From contig CM059432.1 in the NCBI GenBank assembly GCA_030390025.1, positions 66,900,001-66,964,000 on the forward strand: a stretch of 64,000 bases of DNA, written 5' to 3'. The notes under the pieces are model-generated. The model was not told the DNA's origin, made no database searches, and saw only the letters and a program-made list of their open reading frames with translations. Below, one piece after another: positions 48,310 through 60,845 of this stretch. The DNA is from Squalus acanthias. Its lineage: Eukaryota. The translations under genes were made by a program, and so were the position numbers. Positions within the stretch are counted from its first letter, which is position 1. Every line of letters begins with the position of its first letter.

Positions 48310-51300
48310 AAAATGGGCAGTGTTAAGGCTCAACAATGTTAAGCGGCACCACCTGAAAATGATATAGGTAGCACATAAAATTTGTGGTCACTCTTTATTA
48401 ACATGATTATAATCATGATTTCAGCTCAAACTGCTGCTCATTGGCTGAACGCTCAACAGGTGGCCCAATATCAGAGCCAGTCTAATTCTCAGTCATGTGT
48501 GGCACAGGCTTTTTCCACTACTTAAAGGGGAGGTGCATTGATGCTACATCACCTCATTGTCAGGGCAGTTGGATTTGCAGCTGCCTCAACAAGCCCGCTA
48601 CCCCAAAAGTGTCAGGAAGCTCTCGCCCTATATGTCCCGTACCATGTGGGAGGAGATAGTGGACCATGTGATGACCAGCACTGTGGTTCCCCAGGTCCGC
48701 CATCCAGTGCAGGAAGAAGTTTAATGACCTCAAACGGGTGGTCAAGATGAAAGAAGGCTTCAGCAATGCCACATACCACCATCTGCACCATAACCATTAC
48801 ACGCTGCTCATTGCACCACACTCCCAGCACTCACCTACCACCAATCTCTACCTAACACCACTCACACCTCACAATCATAGCTTCACTTCACCCTCACAAT
48901 CTTACCACTGCTGCAACACTCACACCCACATCTCACACCTTGCACACACTGATGGCTATTCAACTATGGCAGGCATATTACCCAAACACATTGCACTACA
49001 CTCACATTGCAGGCCAAGGTGGTGCATAATCGCTGGGAGCAGCAGCAGACAGGCAGAGGCCAGGTGGACACACAGGACCTCAGCCAGCTGGAGGAGCGAG
49101 TACTCCAGCTAATTGGGCGCATGTGGTAGAGGCCGTGGCAACCGGCGAGGTTGAACCCCTTGGGGACAACAATGATATGTTCATTCCTAATCCTTCTTCT
49201 CACATCCCACTTCCCCCCTCAGCCCACAATCACTTCTCACTTTCAAGTTACTCATGCTGTATGCATGCATTTCTGGCTTCCCCCCGCACCCCGTTCACTA
49301 TAACCCTACACTTGTGCCTTTCTGCTTTCAGATAATCAACAAACACCCAAGCAGCCTGTCCCCGATGTCATCGAAGAGAGTGAGGGGGTAGAAGAAGAGG
49401 AGGAAGAAGACATCGCATTATTGCATCTCTCACTCGCAGACACCAGCTCAGAAACTGGCACTACGTGTACTTTAGAGGCTAGTGTGGAAGCGGGATCTGC
49501 ACAGGGTGAGGCACCGGGCACGAGTGGGCTGCAGCAAGGCCAGGGGGAAAGGGTAGCTCGGGGGCCAGCTCCACGGAGGGCGAGTTCGCACGCGAGTTCT
49601 GCTGCACAGGACTCAGATGATGACCTCGTTGGGTCGGCCTTCAGAAAGAAGGGTGATTGCCATTGCACCCAAGTTGATGGGTGCAATGACAAGCCTGCCA
49701 GAGAGCATCTCTGTAATGTCAAGGATCATGGAGGAGTCTGCCTCCAAACATTGCATGGGGCTCTGTGCAGAGCATGGAGCCAGGGTTTCCAGCCTGGAAA
49801 TGATGGTACACCTTCCAAAGAGACCGTGTTGACCCAGACCTGATGGTGCACATGATGGGCGATGTCAGAGCTTCCATTGCAGCAAAGGCGGAAGTGACCC
49901 AATGTCTGAGTGCTGCAGCAGAAGCTCAGACCGCTCTCATGCAGTCTCTGCTTGGTGCCATCGAAACTCAGGCTGCTTTCATGCAGTCTCAGTGTGATGC
50001 CACATGAGCTCAGACCACTGTCATGCAGTCTCAGCTTGAACCCACCCAAGCTCTGACTGCTGCCATCGTGGTTGGGTTTACCACAGTCGACCGGGGCTTG
50101 CAGGGTGTCGCAGCAGCCCAGTAATCTGTGCTCCAACAGATTGCTGGGAAAGCTGAGGCACCGGCCCGGGGGAGTGGCAGTGAGTCAGTGGAGCAGGATC
50201 CTGCTGTCATCTCAGAAGAGGACAGTATTCATGTTCCCACTTCTGCCACTCTACCATTGCCCTTGCCACTGCCTGTGAGTCAGCCAGCCCAGACTATTGC
50301 TGCCCAGGCCAAGGTGGTACAGTCTACAGCTGGGCCTTCAAGGGTCAGAGCTGCTTGAGGTTGTCCTGGAAGGCCATCTGAAGTTTCCCGCACGGAAACT
50401 CAGCAGCCTTCCACCACCCATGTTGTAGCCACTGGGGGAGCACTGCGTAGGAGCACCAGATCAGGGAAGGGCACCCAAATGACAGGCACTAAAGGATTGC
50501 ACATGGGTGATTAGTTTATATTGTAAGTGTAAATATATGTCAATTAATTTTGGATAAATGTATTAATTGTGTTTGGAATCTTTTGTGGTGTCTCTCATTT
50601 CAGCTTTGTGGCCAGGAGGGCACTGTGATATTTCGTGACAGAGGGATGGTAAGATGGGGATGTAGTGAGCAACGGGGATCTGGGGTTTCATTCATTGGAA
50701 TCGGAGTCTGATTAGCCATTCACGGACAGCCCATGCGGAAAGACGATTGGCTGCCTGGCTCCTCAATCCCTCCTCTTCCTCTTGCTCCACATTGTCCCTC
50801 TTGTCTTCTTCCTCCTTGTCCCCTTCCTCTTCCTCCTCCTCTTCTGCCTTGTCCTTCTCCTGAAGTGGTCCTTCTCCTGAAGTGGTCCCGCAATCCCTGG
50901 TGGCAACGGTTGCCAAGTTGTGAAGCATGCAGCAGACCACCACGAAATGGGCCACCCACTCTGCCGAGTACTGGAGGGCTCCTCCAGCGCGGTCAAGGCA
51001 GTGAACAGTTGCTTCAGTAGCCCGACGTTCTGCATGATGACGTTCCTGGTGGAAGCATGGCTCTCATTATATGTGTGCTGGGCACGAGTGTTGGGGTTAT
51101 GCATGGGAGTCATGAGACAGGTGGAGAGCAGATAGCCCTTGTCTCCAAGCAGCCACTTTTGAGTTTGATGTGTTGTCTGGAAGATTGCTGGCAGGATGAA
51201 TGCATCATGGCTGCTGCCAGGCTAGTGGGCATTGTCATTGAGGAATAGCTGTGCGTGGTTGAACACCACCTGCACATTGAGTGGTAGCCTTTACAGTTAC

Positions 51301-51979
51301 GGAAGATTTCAGGATTGTTATGCGACGCCCGCAAAGCCACGTGGGTGCAGTCGATAGCACCCTGCACCATGGGAAAGCCCGCTATCCTGGCAAAGCCACA
51401 AGCACGCTCGTCCTGCTTCTCTCTGCTCAGAGAGAAGACAAGATAGCCCCTTCTCCTGGTGTAGAGAGCCTCAGTGACCTCCCAGATGGAGCGATGGATG
51501 GCAAACTGTGAGATGTTAGCTATGTCATCTGTTGCAGACTGGAAGGATCCGCTGGCGAAGAAATAGAGGCCATGGTGACCTCAACTGCCACTGGGAGAGC
51601 CCTGTTCACCCTACTCTCAAGCTGCAGGTCTGGTTACAGGAAGTGGCAGAGTTCTGTGATCACCTCCTTGGTGAAGTGTAGCCCATAATGCACTGCTCCT
51701 CACTTAAGTGGAGGTCGGAGATGTGCTGTCGGAAGACCCTAGGTGGGTAAGGTCTCCTGTGTTGAGAGCCCTCAGGGCCCTCCTCCTCCCTCTGCGCTTA
51801 TGTTCCCATCATACTCGCTGCCTCCGCTCACTCTGCCGAAGATTCTGGAGCGCGAGGGGGACTGCCAGTATAGCCCCCATGACAGTGAGCAAGTGTTGTG
51901 AGCAGAAGCCTTTAAAAAATAATGAAGGCATTCTGCACTTCCAACAACACTCCCCATTATCTTAGAACCTTGAAAGACA

Positions 51980-53085
51980 TCAATGAGGATAAGGGGGAAA
52001 ACGCTCCACTGGCTGGAGTGATACCTAGCACAAAGGAAGATGGTTGTGGTGATTGAAGGTCAATCATCACAGCCCCAGGACATCGCTACAGGAGTTCCTC
52101 AGGGCAGTGTCCTAGGCCCAACCGTCTTCAGCTGCTTCATCAATGACCTTCCCTCCATCATAAGGCCAGAAGTGGGGATGTTCGCTGATGACTGCACAGT
52201 GTTTAGTGCCATTCGCAACTCCTCAGATAATGAAGCAGTCCATGCCCGCATGCAGCAAGACCTGGACGACATTCAGGCTTGGGCTGATTAGTGACATTCG
52301 CGCCACAGAAGTGCCAGGCAATGACTATCTCCAACAAGCAAGAATCTAACCACTGCCCCTTGACATTCAATGGCATTACCATCGCCGAATCCCCCACCAT
52401 CAACATCCTGGGGGTAACAATGACCAGAAACTTAACTGGACCAGCCACATAAATACTGTGTCTACAAGAGCAGGCCAGAGACTGGGTATTCTGCGGCGAG
52501 TGTCTAATCTCCTGACTCCCCAAAGCCTTTCCACCATCTAGAAGGCACAAGTAAGGAGTGTGATGGAATACTCTCCACTTGCCTGGTTGAGTGCAGCTCC
52601 AACAACACTCAAGAAGCTTGACACCATCCAGGACAAAGCAGCCCATTTGATTGGCACCCCATCCAGCACATTAAACATTCACTACCTCCACCACCGGCGT
52701 ACCATGGCTGCAGTGTGTACCATCTACAAGATGCACTGCAGCAACTCGCCAAGGCTTCTTCGGCAGCACCTCCCCAAGCCGTGACCTCTTCCACCTAGAA
52801 GGATGACAGAACGCGCATGGGAACACCACCACCTCCAAGTTCCCCTCCAAGTCACACACCATCCTGACTTAGAAGTATATTCGCCGATCCTTCATCGTCG
52901 CTGGGTCAAAATCCTGGAACTCCCTCCCTAACAGCACTGTGGGAGTACCTTCACCACACGGACTGCAGCGGTTCAAGAAGGCGGCTCACAACCACCTTCT
53001 CAAGGGCAATTAGGGATGGGCAATAATAGCTGGCCTTGTCAGCAATGCCCTGATGCCATAAGCAAATAAAAATAAAAAAATAAAG
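51980..53085 (+). mobile_element. CR1/L2-group LINE, 3' fragment
   Basis: GVPQGSVLGPTVFSCFINDL..MFADD; 3' stem-loop and A-rich tail. Confidence 0.9.
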
Positions 53086-55140
53086 CTGGTTGTGTTTCAA
53101 TGTCCCAAACTCCTCCATCACCATCCCATGGTATGTACTGTCCCACTGGCAGGACAGACCTACCAGGGGTGGCGGCACAGTGGAATACAGTCGGGACGGA
53201 GTGGCTCTGGGAGTCCTCAACATTGACTCCGGACCCCATGAATTCTCATGGCTTCAGGTCAAGAATGGGCAAGGAAACCTCCTGCTGATTACCACCTACC
53301 GCCCTCCTTCAGCTGATGAATCAGTACTCCTCTATGTTGAACGCCACTTGGAAGAAGCACTGAGAGTAGCAAGGGCACAGAATGTACTCTGGGTGGGGCA
53401 CTTCAATGTCCATCACCAAGAGTGGCTTGGTAGCACCACTACTGATCGAGCTGGCAGAGTCCTGAAGGACATAGCTGCCAGACTGAGCCTGCGACAGGTG
53501 CTGAGAGAACCAACATGAGGGGAAAATCTACTTGACCACGTCCTCACCAATCTACCTGTCGCAGATGCATCTGTCCATGACAGCATTGGTAGCAGTGACC
53601 ACTGCACAGTCATTGTGGAGATGAAGTCCCATCTTCACACTGAGGACATCCTCCATTGTGTTGTGTGGCACTACCACCGTGCTAAATGGGATAGATTCAG
53701 AACAGATCTAGCAGCTCAAAACTGGGCATCCATGAGGTGCTGTGGGACATCAGCAGCAGCAGATTTGTATTCCACCACAATCTGTAACCTCATGGCCTGG
53801 CATATCCCTCACTCTACCATTACCATCAAGCCAGGGGACCAACCCTGGTTCAATAAGGAGTGTAGAAGAGCATGCCAGGAGCAGCACCAGGCGTACCTAA
53901 AAATGTGGTGCCAACCTGGGGAAGCTGCAACACAGGATTACATACATGCTAAAAAGCAGAAGCTGCATGCTATAGACAGGGCTAAGTGAACCCACAATCA
54001 ACAGATCAGATCAAAGCTCTGCAGTCCTGCCACATCCAGTCGTGAATGGTGGTGGACTATTAAACAACTAACAGGAGGAGGAGGCTCCATGAATATCCCC
54101 ATCCTCAATGATGGTGGAGCCCAGCACGTGAGTGCAAAAGACAAAGCTGAAGCATTTGCAACCATCTTCAGCCAGTGGATGATCCATATTGGCCTCCTCC
54201 TGAGGTCCCCACCACAACAGAAGCCAGTCTTCAGCCAATTCGATTCACTCCACATGATATCAAGAAATGGTTGAGCGCACTGGATACAGCAAAGGCTGTG
54301 GGCCCCGACAGCATCCCGGCTGTCGTGCTGAAGACTTGTGCTCCAGTACTAGCCGTGCCTCTAGCCAAGCTGTTCCAGTACAGCTATAACACTGACATCT
54401 ATCCGACAATGTGGCAAACTGCCCAGGTATGTCCTGTCCACAAAAAGCAGGACAAATTCAATCCAGCCAAATCCATCAGTCTACACTCAATCATCAGCAA
54501 AGTGATGGAAAGTGTCATTGGCAGTGCTATCAAGCGGCACTTACTCACCTATAACCTACTCATCAATGCTCAGTTTGTTTCCACCAGGACCACTCAGCAC
54601 CTGACCTCATTACAGCCTTGGTCCAAACATGGACAAAAGAGCTGAATTGCAAAGGTGAGGTGAGGGTGGCTGCCCTTGACATCAAGGCAGCATTTGACAG
54701 AGTGTGGCTTCAAGGAGCCCTGGTTAATGGGAATAAGTGGGAAAACTCTCCACTGGCTGGAGTCATACCTAGCATAAAGGAAGATGGTTGTGGTGGTTGG
54801 AGGTCAATCATCACAGCCCCCGGACATCGCTGCAGGAGTTCCTCAGGGCAGTGTCCTAGGCCCAACCATCTTCAGCTGCTTCATCAATGACCTTCCCTCC
54901 ATCATAAGGCCAGAAGTGGGGATGTTCGCTGATGACTGCACAGTGTTCAGTGCCATTCGCAACTCCTCAGATAATGAAGCAGTCCATATCCGCATGCAGC
55001 AAGACCTAGACGACATTCAGGCTTGGGCTGATTCGTGATAGGTAACATTCGCGCCACACAAATGCCACGCAATGACTATCTCCAACAAAAATGAGAAGTC
55101 GCACAACACCAGGTTATAGTCCAACAGATTTATTTAAAAT

Positions 55141-55173
55141 TACAAGCTTTCGGAGCTGTCGCCCCTTCCTCAG
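55141..55173 (-). ncRNA. Second, identical hammerhead core in the inverted pLTR
   Basis: Exact reverse complement of 57398-57430. Confidence 0.75.
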
Positions 55174-55760
55174 GTAGAGTTACTGTGAGACAATCTACCA
55201 GAATTCACAGAATATAAACACAGAGAAAATGCAGAGATTCAATCTATCCCTACATCAAAGACATACTAAGAGCACAGCCAAGACAATGAGATGTGTCCCA
55301 GGGGGTCCAACGTGTCAAAACACCTGCTGGCTGCATATCCTCTCCATTTGGGTTTGTTTCTTGTGTTTGTTTCTTGTGTTTGTTTTTTTAAAAAGCTGGA
55401 AAGACCGGCAACGATGTCAAGTCACGTTCTGTAGCGTGACATGAACCCGATATCCCGATTGAGGCCGTCCTCATGAGTGCAGAACTTGGCTATCAGTTTC
55501 TGCTCGATGATTTTGCGTTGTCGTGTATCCCGAAGGCCGCCTTGGAGAACGCTAACCCGCAGATCCGAGGCTGAATGCCCTTGACTGCTGAAGTGTTCCC
55601 CGACTGGGAGACAACCCTCCTGCCTGGCGATTGTTGCGCGGTGTCCGTTCATACATTGTCTCAGTGTCTGCATGGTCTCGCCGATGTACCATGCTCTGGG
55701 GCATCCTTTACTGCAACGTATCAGGTAGATAACGTTGGCCGAGTCACATGAGTATGTACC

Positions 55761-57149
55761 ATGTACCTGGTGGATACGATGGACGTATCGGCACTCTACA
55801 CCAATATCCCCCACAATGACGGCATCGCTGCGACAGCCTCAGTACTCAACACCAACAACAGCCAATCTCCAGACGCCATCCTACAACTCATCCGCTTCAT
55901 CCTTGACCACAATGTCTTCACCTTCGACAACCAGTTTTTTACCCAAACACACGGAACAGCCATGGGGACCAAATTCGCACCCCAATACACCAACATCTTC
56001 ATGCACAAGTTCGAGCAAGACTTCTTCGCTGCACAGGACCTCCAACCAACGCTGTACACCAGATACATCGACGACATCTTCTTCCTTTGGACCCACGGCG
56101 AAGGATCACTGAAAGGATTACACGATAGCATCAACAGGTTCCATCCCACCATCAAACTCACCATGGACTACTCCTCAGAATCGGTTTCATTCTTGGACAC
56201 ACGAATCTCCATCAAAGACGGACGCCTCAGCACTTCACTCTACCACAAGCCCACGGACAACCTCACGATGCTCCACTTCTCCAGCTTCCACCCTAACCAC
56301 GTTAAAGAAGCCATCCCCTATGAACAAGCCCTGCGAATACACAGGATCTGCTCAGACGAGGAGGAACGCGATGGACACCTAAGGACACTGAAAGACGCCC
56401 TCGTAAGAACGGGATATGACGCTCGACTCGTCGATCGACAGTTCCGACGGGCCACAGCGAAAAACTGCATAGACCTCCTCAGAAGACGAACACGGGACAC
56501 AACCAACAGAGTACCCTACGTCGTCCAGTACTTCCCCGGAGCGGAGAAACTACGCCATGTTCTTCGCAGCCTTCAACATGTCATCGATGATGACGAACAC
56601 CTTGCTAAGGCCATCCCCACGCCTCCACTACTCGCCTTCAAGCAGCCGCCTAACCTCAAAAGTACCATCGTTCGCAGCAAATTAGCCAGCTTTCAGGAGA
56701 ACAGCGACCACGACACCACACAACCCTGCCACGGCAACCTCTGCAAGACATGCCAGATCATGGACACAGATACCGTCATCACACGTGAGGACACTACCCA
56801 CCAGGTACATGGTACATACTCATGTGACTCGGCCAACGTTGTCTACCTGATACGTTGCAGTAAAGGATGCCCCAGAGCATGGTACATCGGCGAGACCATG
56901 CAGACACTGAGACAACGTATGAACGGACACCGCGCAACAATCGCCAAGCAGGAGGGTTGCCTCCCAGTCGGGGAACACTTCAGCAGTCAAGGGCATTCAG
57001 CCTCGGATCTGCGGGTTAGCGTTCTCCAAGGCGGCCTTCGGGATGCACGACAATGCAAAATCATCGAGCAGAAACTGATAGCCAAGTTCCGCACTCATGA
57101 GGACGGCCTCAATCGGGATATCGGGTTCATGTCACGCTACAGAACGTGA
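55761..57149 (+). CDS. Penelope RT (from motif A onward) + Cys linker + GIY-YIG endonuclease, 462 aa uninterrupted, N-terminally truncated
   Basis: MDVSALYTNIP, QTHGTAMG, RYIDDIF, PCHGNLCKTC, VVYLIRC..WYIGET..LRQRMNGH. Confidence 0.93.
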   Translation: MYLVDTMDVSALYTNIPHNDGIAATASVLNTNNSQSPDAILQLIRFILDHNVFTFDNQFFTQTHGTAMGTKFAPQYTNIFMHKFEQDFFAAQDLQPTLYTRYIDDIFFLWTHGEGSLKGLHDSINRFHPTIKLTMDYSSESVSFLDTRISIKDGRLSTSLYHKPTDNLTMLHFSSFHPNHVKEAIPYEQALRIHRICSDEEERDGHLRTLKDALVRTGYDARLVDRQFRRATAKNCIDLLRRRTRDTTNRVPYVVQYFPGAEKLRHVLRSLQHVIDDDEHLAKAIPTPPLLAFKQPPNLKSTIVRSKLASFQENSDHDTTQPCHGNLCKTCQIMDTDTVITREDTTHQVHGTYSCDSANVVYLIRCSKGCPRAWYIGETMQTLRQRMNGHRATIAKQEGCLPVGEHFSSQGHSASDLRVSVLQGGLRDARQCKIIEQKLIAKFRTHEDGLNRDIGFMSRYRT

Positions 57150-57397
57150 CTTGACATCGTTGCCGGTCTTTCCAGCTTTTTAAAAAAACAAACACAAGAA
57201 ACAAACACAAGAAACAAACCCAAATGGAGAGGAAATGCAGTCAGCAGGTGTTTTGACACGTTGGACCCCCTGGGACACATCTCATTGTCTTGGCTGTGCT
57301 CTTAGTATGTCTTTGATGTAGGGATAGATTGAATCTCTGCATTTTCTCTGTGTTTATATTCTGTGAATTCTGGTAGATTGTCTCACAGTAACTCTAC

Positions 57398-57430
57398 CTG
57401 AGGAAGGGGCGACAGCTCCGAAAGCTTGTA
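57398..57430 (+). ncRNA. Minimal hammerhead ribozyme core in the pLTR
   Basis: CUGAGGA-A-GGGGC(GACA)GCUCC-GAAA-GCUU-GUA. Confidence 0.75.
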
Positions 57431-60400
57431 ATTTTAAATAAATCTGTTGGACTATAACCTGGTGTTGTGCGACTTCTCATTTTTGTCCACCCCAGTCCAA
57501 CGCCGGCATCTCCACATTATCTCCAACAAGCCAGAGTCTAACCACTGCCCCTTGACATTCAACGGCATTACCATTGCCGAATCCCCCAGTATCAATATCC
57601 TGGGGGTCACCATTGACCAGAAATTTAACTGGACCAGCCACATAAATACTGTGGCAACAAGAGCAGGTCAGAGGCTGGGTATTCTGTGGCGAGTGTCTAA
57701 CTTCCTGACTCCCCAAAGTCTTTCCACCATCTACAAGGCACAAGTCCGGAGTGTGATGGAATACTCTCCACTTGCCTGGATGAGTGCAGCTCCAACAACA
57801 CTCAAGAAGCTTGACACCATCTAAGACAAAGCAGCCTGCTTGATTGGCACCCCATCCACCACCTTAAACATTCACTCCCTCCAGCACCGGCGTACAATGG
57901 CTGCAGTGTGTACCATCTACAAGATGCACTGCAGCAACTCGCCAAGGCTTCTTCTGCAGCACAATCAAACCCGTGACCTCTACCACCTAGAAAGACAAGG
58001 GCAGCAGGCACATGGCAACACCACCACTTCCAAATTCCCCTCTAAGTCACACACCATCCTGCCTTGGAAGTATATCGCCGATCCTTCATCGTCGCTGGGT
58101 CAAAATCCTGGAACTCCCTCCCTAACAGCACTGTGCGAATACCTCCACCACATGGACTGCAGCGGTTCAAGAAGGTGGCTCACCAGCACCTTCTCAAGGG
58201 CAACTAGGTATGGACAATAAATGCTGGCCTTGCCAGCGACGCCCACATCCCATGAACGAATATTAAAAAAAAGTAGCACAGAGCCAGTCAAACTGCATAA
58301 ACATGTCAAGAGCAACTGATGGCTGATGATCCCTTTAAATATCACTGCTCGAGCCTCCTTCCTGATTTTGAACACTTGCTCTGCCTGTCATTGACACGAC
58401 ATGCCAGTATGTGCAGCGGCGAATTGCGATCGAGCATCAAGTGAGCATAGCACACTCATTGACGTCACGATCTGGTTAATTTCAATCTCTTCAGTGATCG
58501 CTTTTATCAGCAGCGTAGCCAGCCCTCGCAAAATGGCTACCATCACGGGCCCACCACCAGCTGGCGGAAGAGCGGCAGCTGGCATTTTTCCCGCATATTA
58601 TGGCATTAAACACCTAAATTTTGAGCCCATTTTATTTTATTTTCTGCCACACAAGAGGCTGCTAAGTAAGATTGTCATAAGATTGACAAGCAAATCTTGG
58701 GTTGGATAGCAACTTGATTGCATTTGGATAGGCATAGGGTAATTATTAATGGTAACAGCTCTGCATGGGAACTGATCACTTGTAGGCCGGATTGCGTGCG
58801 TAGTGGGTCGGGATTCCGAAGATATGAACAGCCCGTTCTGCACTGCGACTTTCACTTATTGGCCCCAATTAAACCAGTCATGCCCATTTCCCAGCCCCAT
58901 TAAATGGAGCGGGTCTGATGACATCATCGATGATTCGTTTCCAGCATGGCTATTTAAAGCAGCCTTGCACACATCTCATTTGAAGGTTGCTGTAGGAGTG
59001 TTGAAGGTGATTTCCAGTAGTATAAATTGCAGCATAACTTTGACAAATCTGTGCGTCATGGAAACACAAAGGCAGAGGGCAGCCCCAAGATTCCCAGATG
59101 CCTCTCAGGAAGTGCTGGACCAGGGAGTAAGAGCATGCAGAAAGGTCCTCTTCACTGCGGATGGCAGAAAAAGAGCAGCAAAAGAAACAAAGAGGGCATG
59201 GCTTGACATCGCTGAGGAGGTCAGCAGCAGGAATGTGGTGAGGAGAATGTGGATCCAGTGTCGCAAGTGATTCAATGATCTCACGGGGTCAGGAAAGATG
59301 AGTGGAATGCCACACTCACCTTCATCCTGATGTACGTGTCACCCCAACCCCCTCTCTCTGCCTTCCCAAGCCTACCCCAGCACATCACTCCTCACATCAA
59401 CATACCTTGCAAGTGCACCCATCCCTCTCTGTCTATGTTCCTACTCATAACCCCATCTGACTAACTAGCACTGACACTCACCATGGTCCTAATGCAATCA
59501 TAGCAAGTAACACCACAGAAGGAGGCCATTTGGCATTGGTCACCATGTACAGATGTAGCCCATTCATTCCTTACACTCATTCCATCACTCTCACTCAAAG
59601 TTCTCTTCTTTCCCTCCTTGCAGGAGAAGAGAGCCCACAACAATAGGGAGAGGCAGAGAACCGGAGGTGGCCCTCCAGTCTTCACTCAATTGACTCCAGC
59701 AGAGGAGGAGGCCCCGGAGATCTCTGAAGTTTCAGAGCTGCTGGCAGTGGGAGATGGAGCAAGGGGGACCTCCTAGCAACCTGGTGACAAAATTAAATCT
59801 CATACAGCCATATGGTGACTGATGTCAGCAGCCAGTGAAATGTCATCATGTGCATAATGATAAAGTTACCCATTCTTATTATAAATCTTCTAATTCATCT
59901 CTTTACTCTCCCACAGGTCCATCAACTGCACCACCACCACCCCCCTCCACCCCCACTATCCAGCCGCAGGAGGAAGGCGACTCCTCAGAGGAAGCTCCAG
60001 CCTCTGAGGGTGCACCGTCAGCAGACCCAAGCGCAGCTAGCACCAACGCAGATACGCACACCTCGGTGGGTCCTGTGCGAGATAAAGTAGTGTTGTCACC
60101 TGGTGTCTCTCACATCACAAGTGAGCAGGATGCTCCAAGCTCTGCTGAGCTGCATGCAGATGCTGAACCTGGGGGGCCATCGAGAAAGAGGATGATCTTG
60201 GAGGGGTAATAACAATTGCATGAGGCTCTGGCAGCTTTTGCAGCCGTGATGTCTGCAAATGTTCAGAGAATTGAGGAGTCCATCTCCAACATGAGCACCA
60301 CCATCTCGCAGGCGATGGCGACGATGTGCTTTTCCATGGAAAGGATGGCCACCTGCATGGAGCAGCAAATGTGTCAGTCACTCGAGAACATGCTTGCTGT

Positions 60401-60665
60401 GGACAACAGATGGCAGACGCTCATAGACCTTATGTCAAGGCAGGATATAAAAGTAGACTTGGGCGCTCATCAGCAAGGTGCTTGCCACTTCCTTGTTGGA
60501 AGGGAAGAGCAGGTGGCCCATGAGAGGGGTGATGGTGAGAGGGGACATGGAATTCGGGGTTCTTCTCAAAGCGCTCCCACTTCTCCCCCATTGCCTCCCC
60601 CTCAGTCAGAGCCCTACATGCTGCCTCGGATCCTGATGGCCGAGTCTGCCCCTGCGCAGTTGCAG

Positions 60666-60845
60666 GAGAAACAGTCTTTGGCGGGGCCATCACAGTCTCC
60701 AAAACCCAGAGGATGTCCGCCAAAAGAGAAACAGTCTTTAGCGGGGCCATCACAGTCTCCAAAACCCAGAGGATGTCCGTCAAAAGAGAAACAGTCTTTA
60801 GCGGGGCCATCACAGTCTCCAAAACCCAGAGGATGTCCGCCAAAA
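60666..60845 (+). repeat. 60-bp in-frame tandem triplication in copy E Myb exon 3 (EKQSLAGPSQSPKPRGCPPK x3)
   Basis: Read directly. Confidence 0.96.

Larger units (their letters stand above)
55085..57517 (+). mobile_element. Penelope-like element (Neptune-type), 5'-truncated, with inverted terminal duplication
   Basis: 689-bp inverted repeats 55085-55773 / 56798-57486; 31-bp extra 3' tail; target duplication TATCTCCAACAA at 55077-55088 and 57518-57529. Confidence 0.95.
53095..58271 (+). mobile_element. CR1/L2-group LINE, longer copy (EN+RT), split by the Penelope-like element
   Basis: QDRPTRGGG..YRPP..FNVHH EN motifs; RT motifs; 3' GCTGGCCTTGCCAGC hairpin and A-tail. Confidence 0.92.
47771..58628 (+). 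mobile_element. Harbinger copy G (Myb pseudogene ~48590-50513 +, transposase pseudogene 51880-50692 -), expanded by LINE and Penelope insertions
   Basis: GGCATAGAAATT at 47771; transposase-side subterminal sequence resumes at ~58272 and ends AATTTTGAGCCC; MVQGAIDCTHVAL, YNESHASTRN. Confidence 0.75.

Noticed and set aside
55422..55814. Separate GIY-YIG nuclease gene on the - strand
   Set aside because: It is the inverted duplicate of the Penelope 3' end
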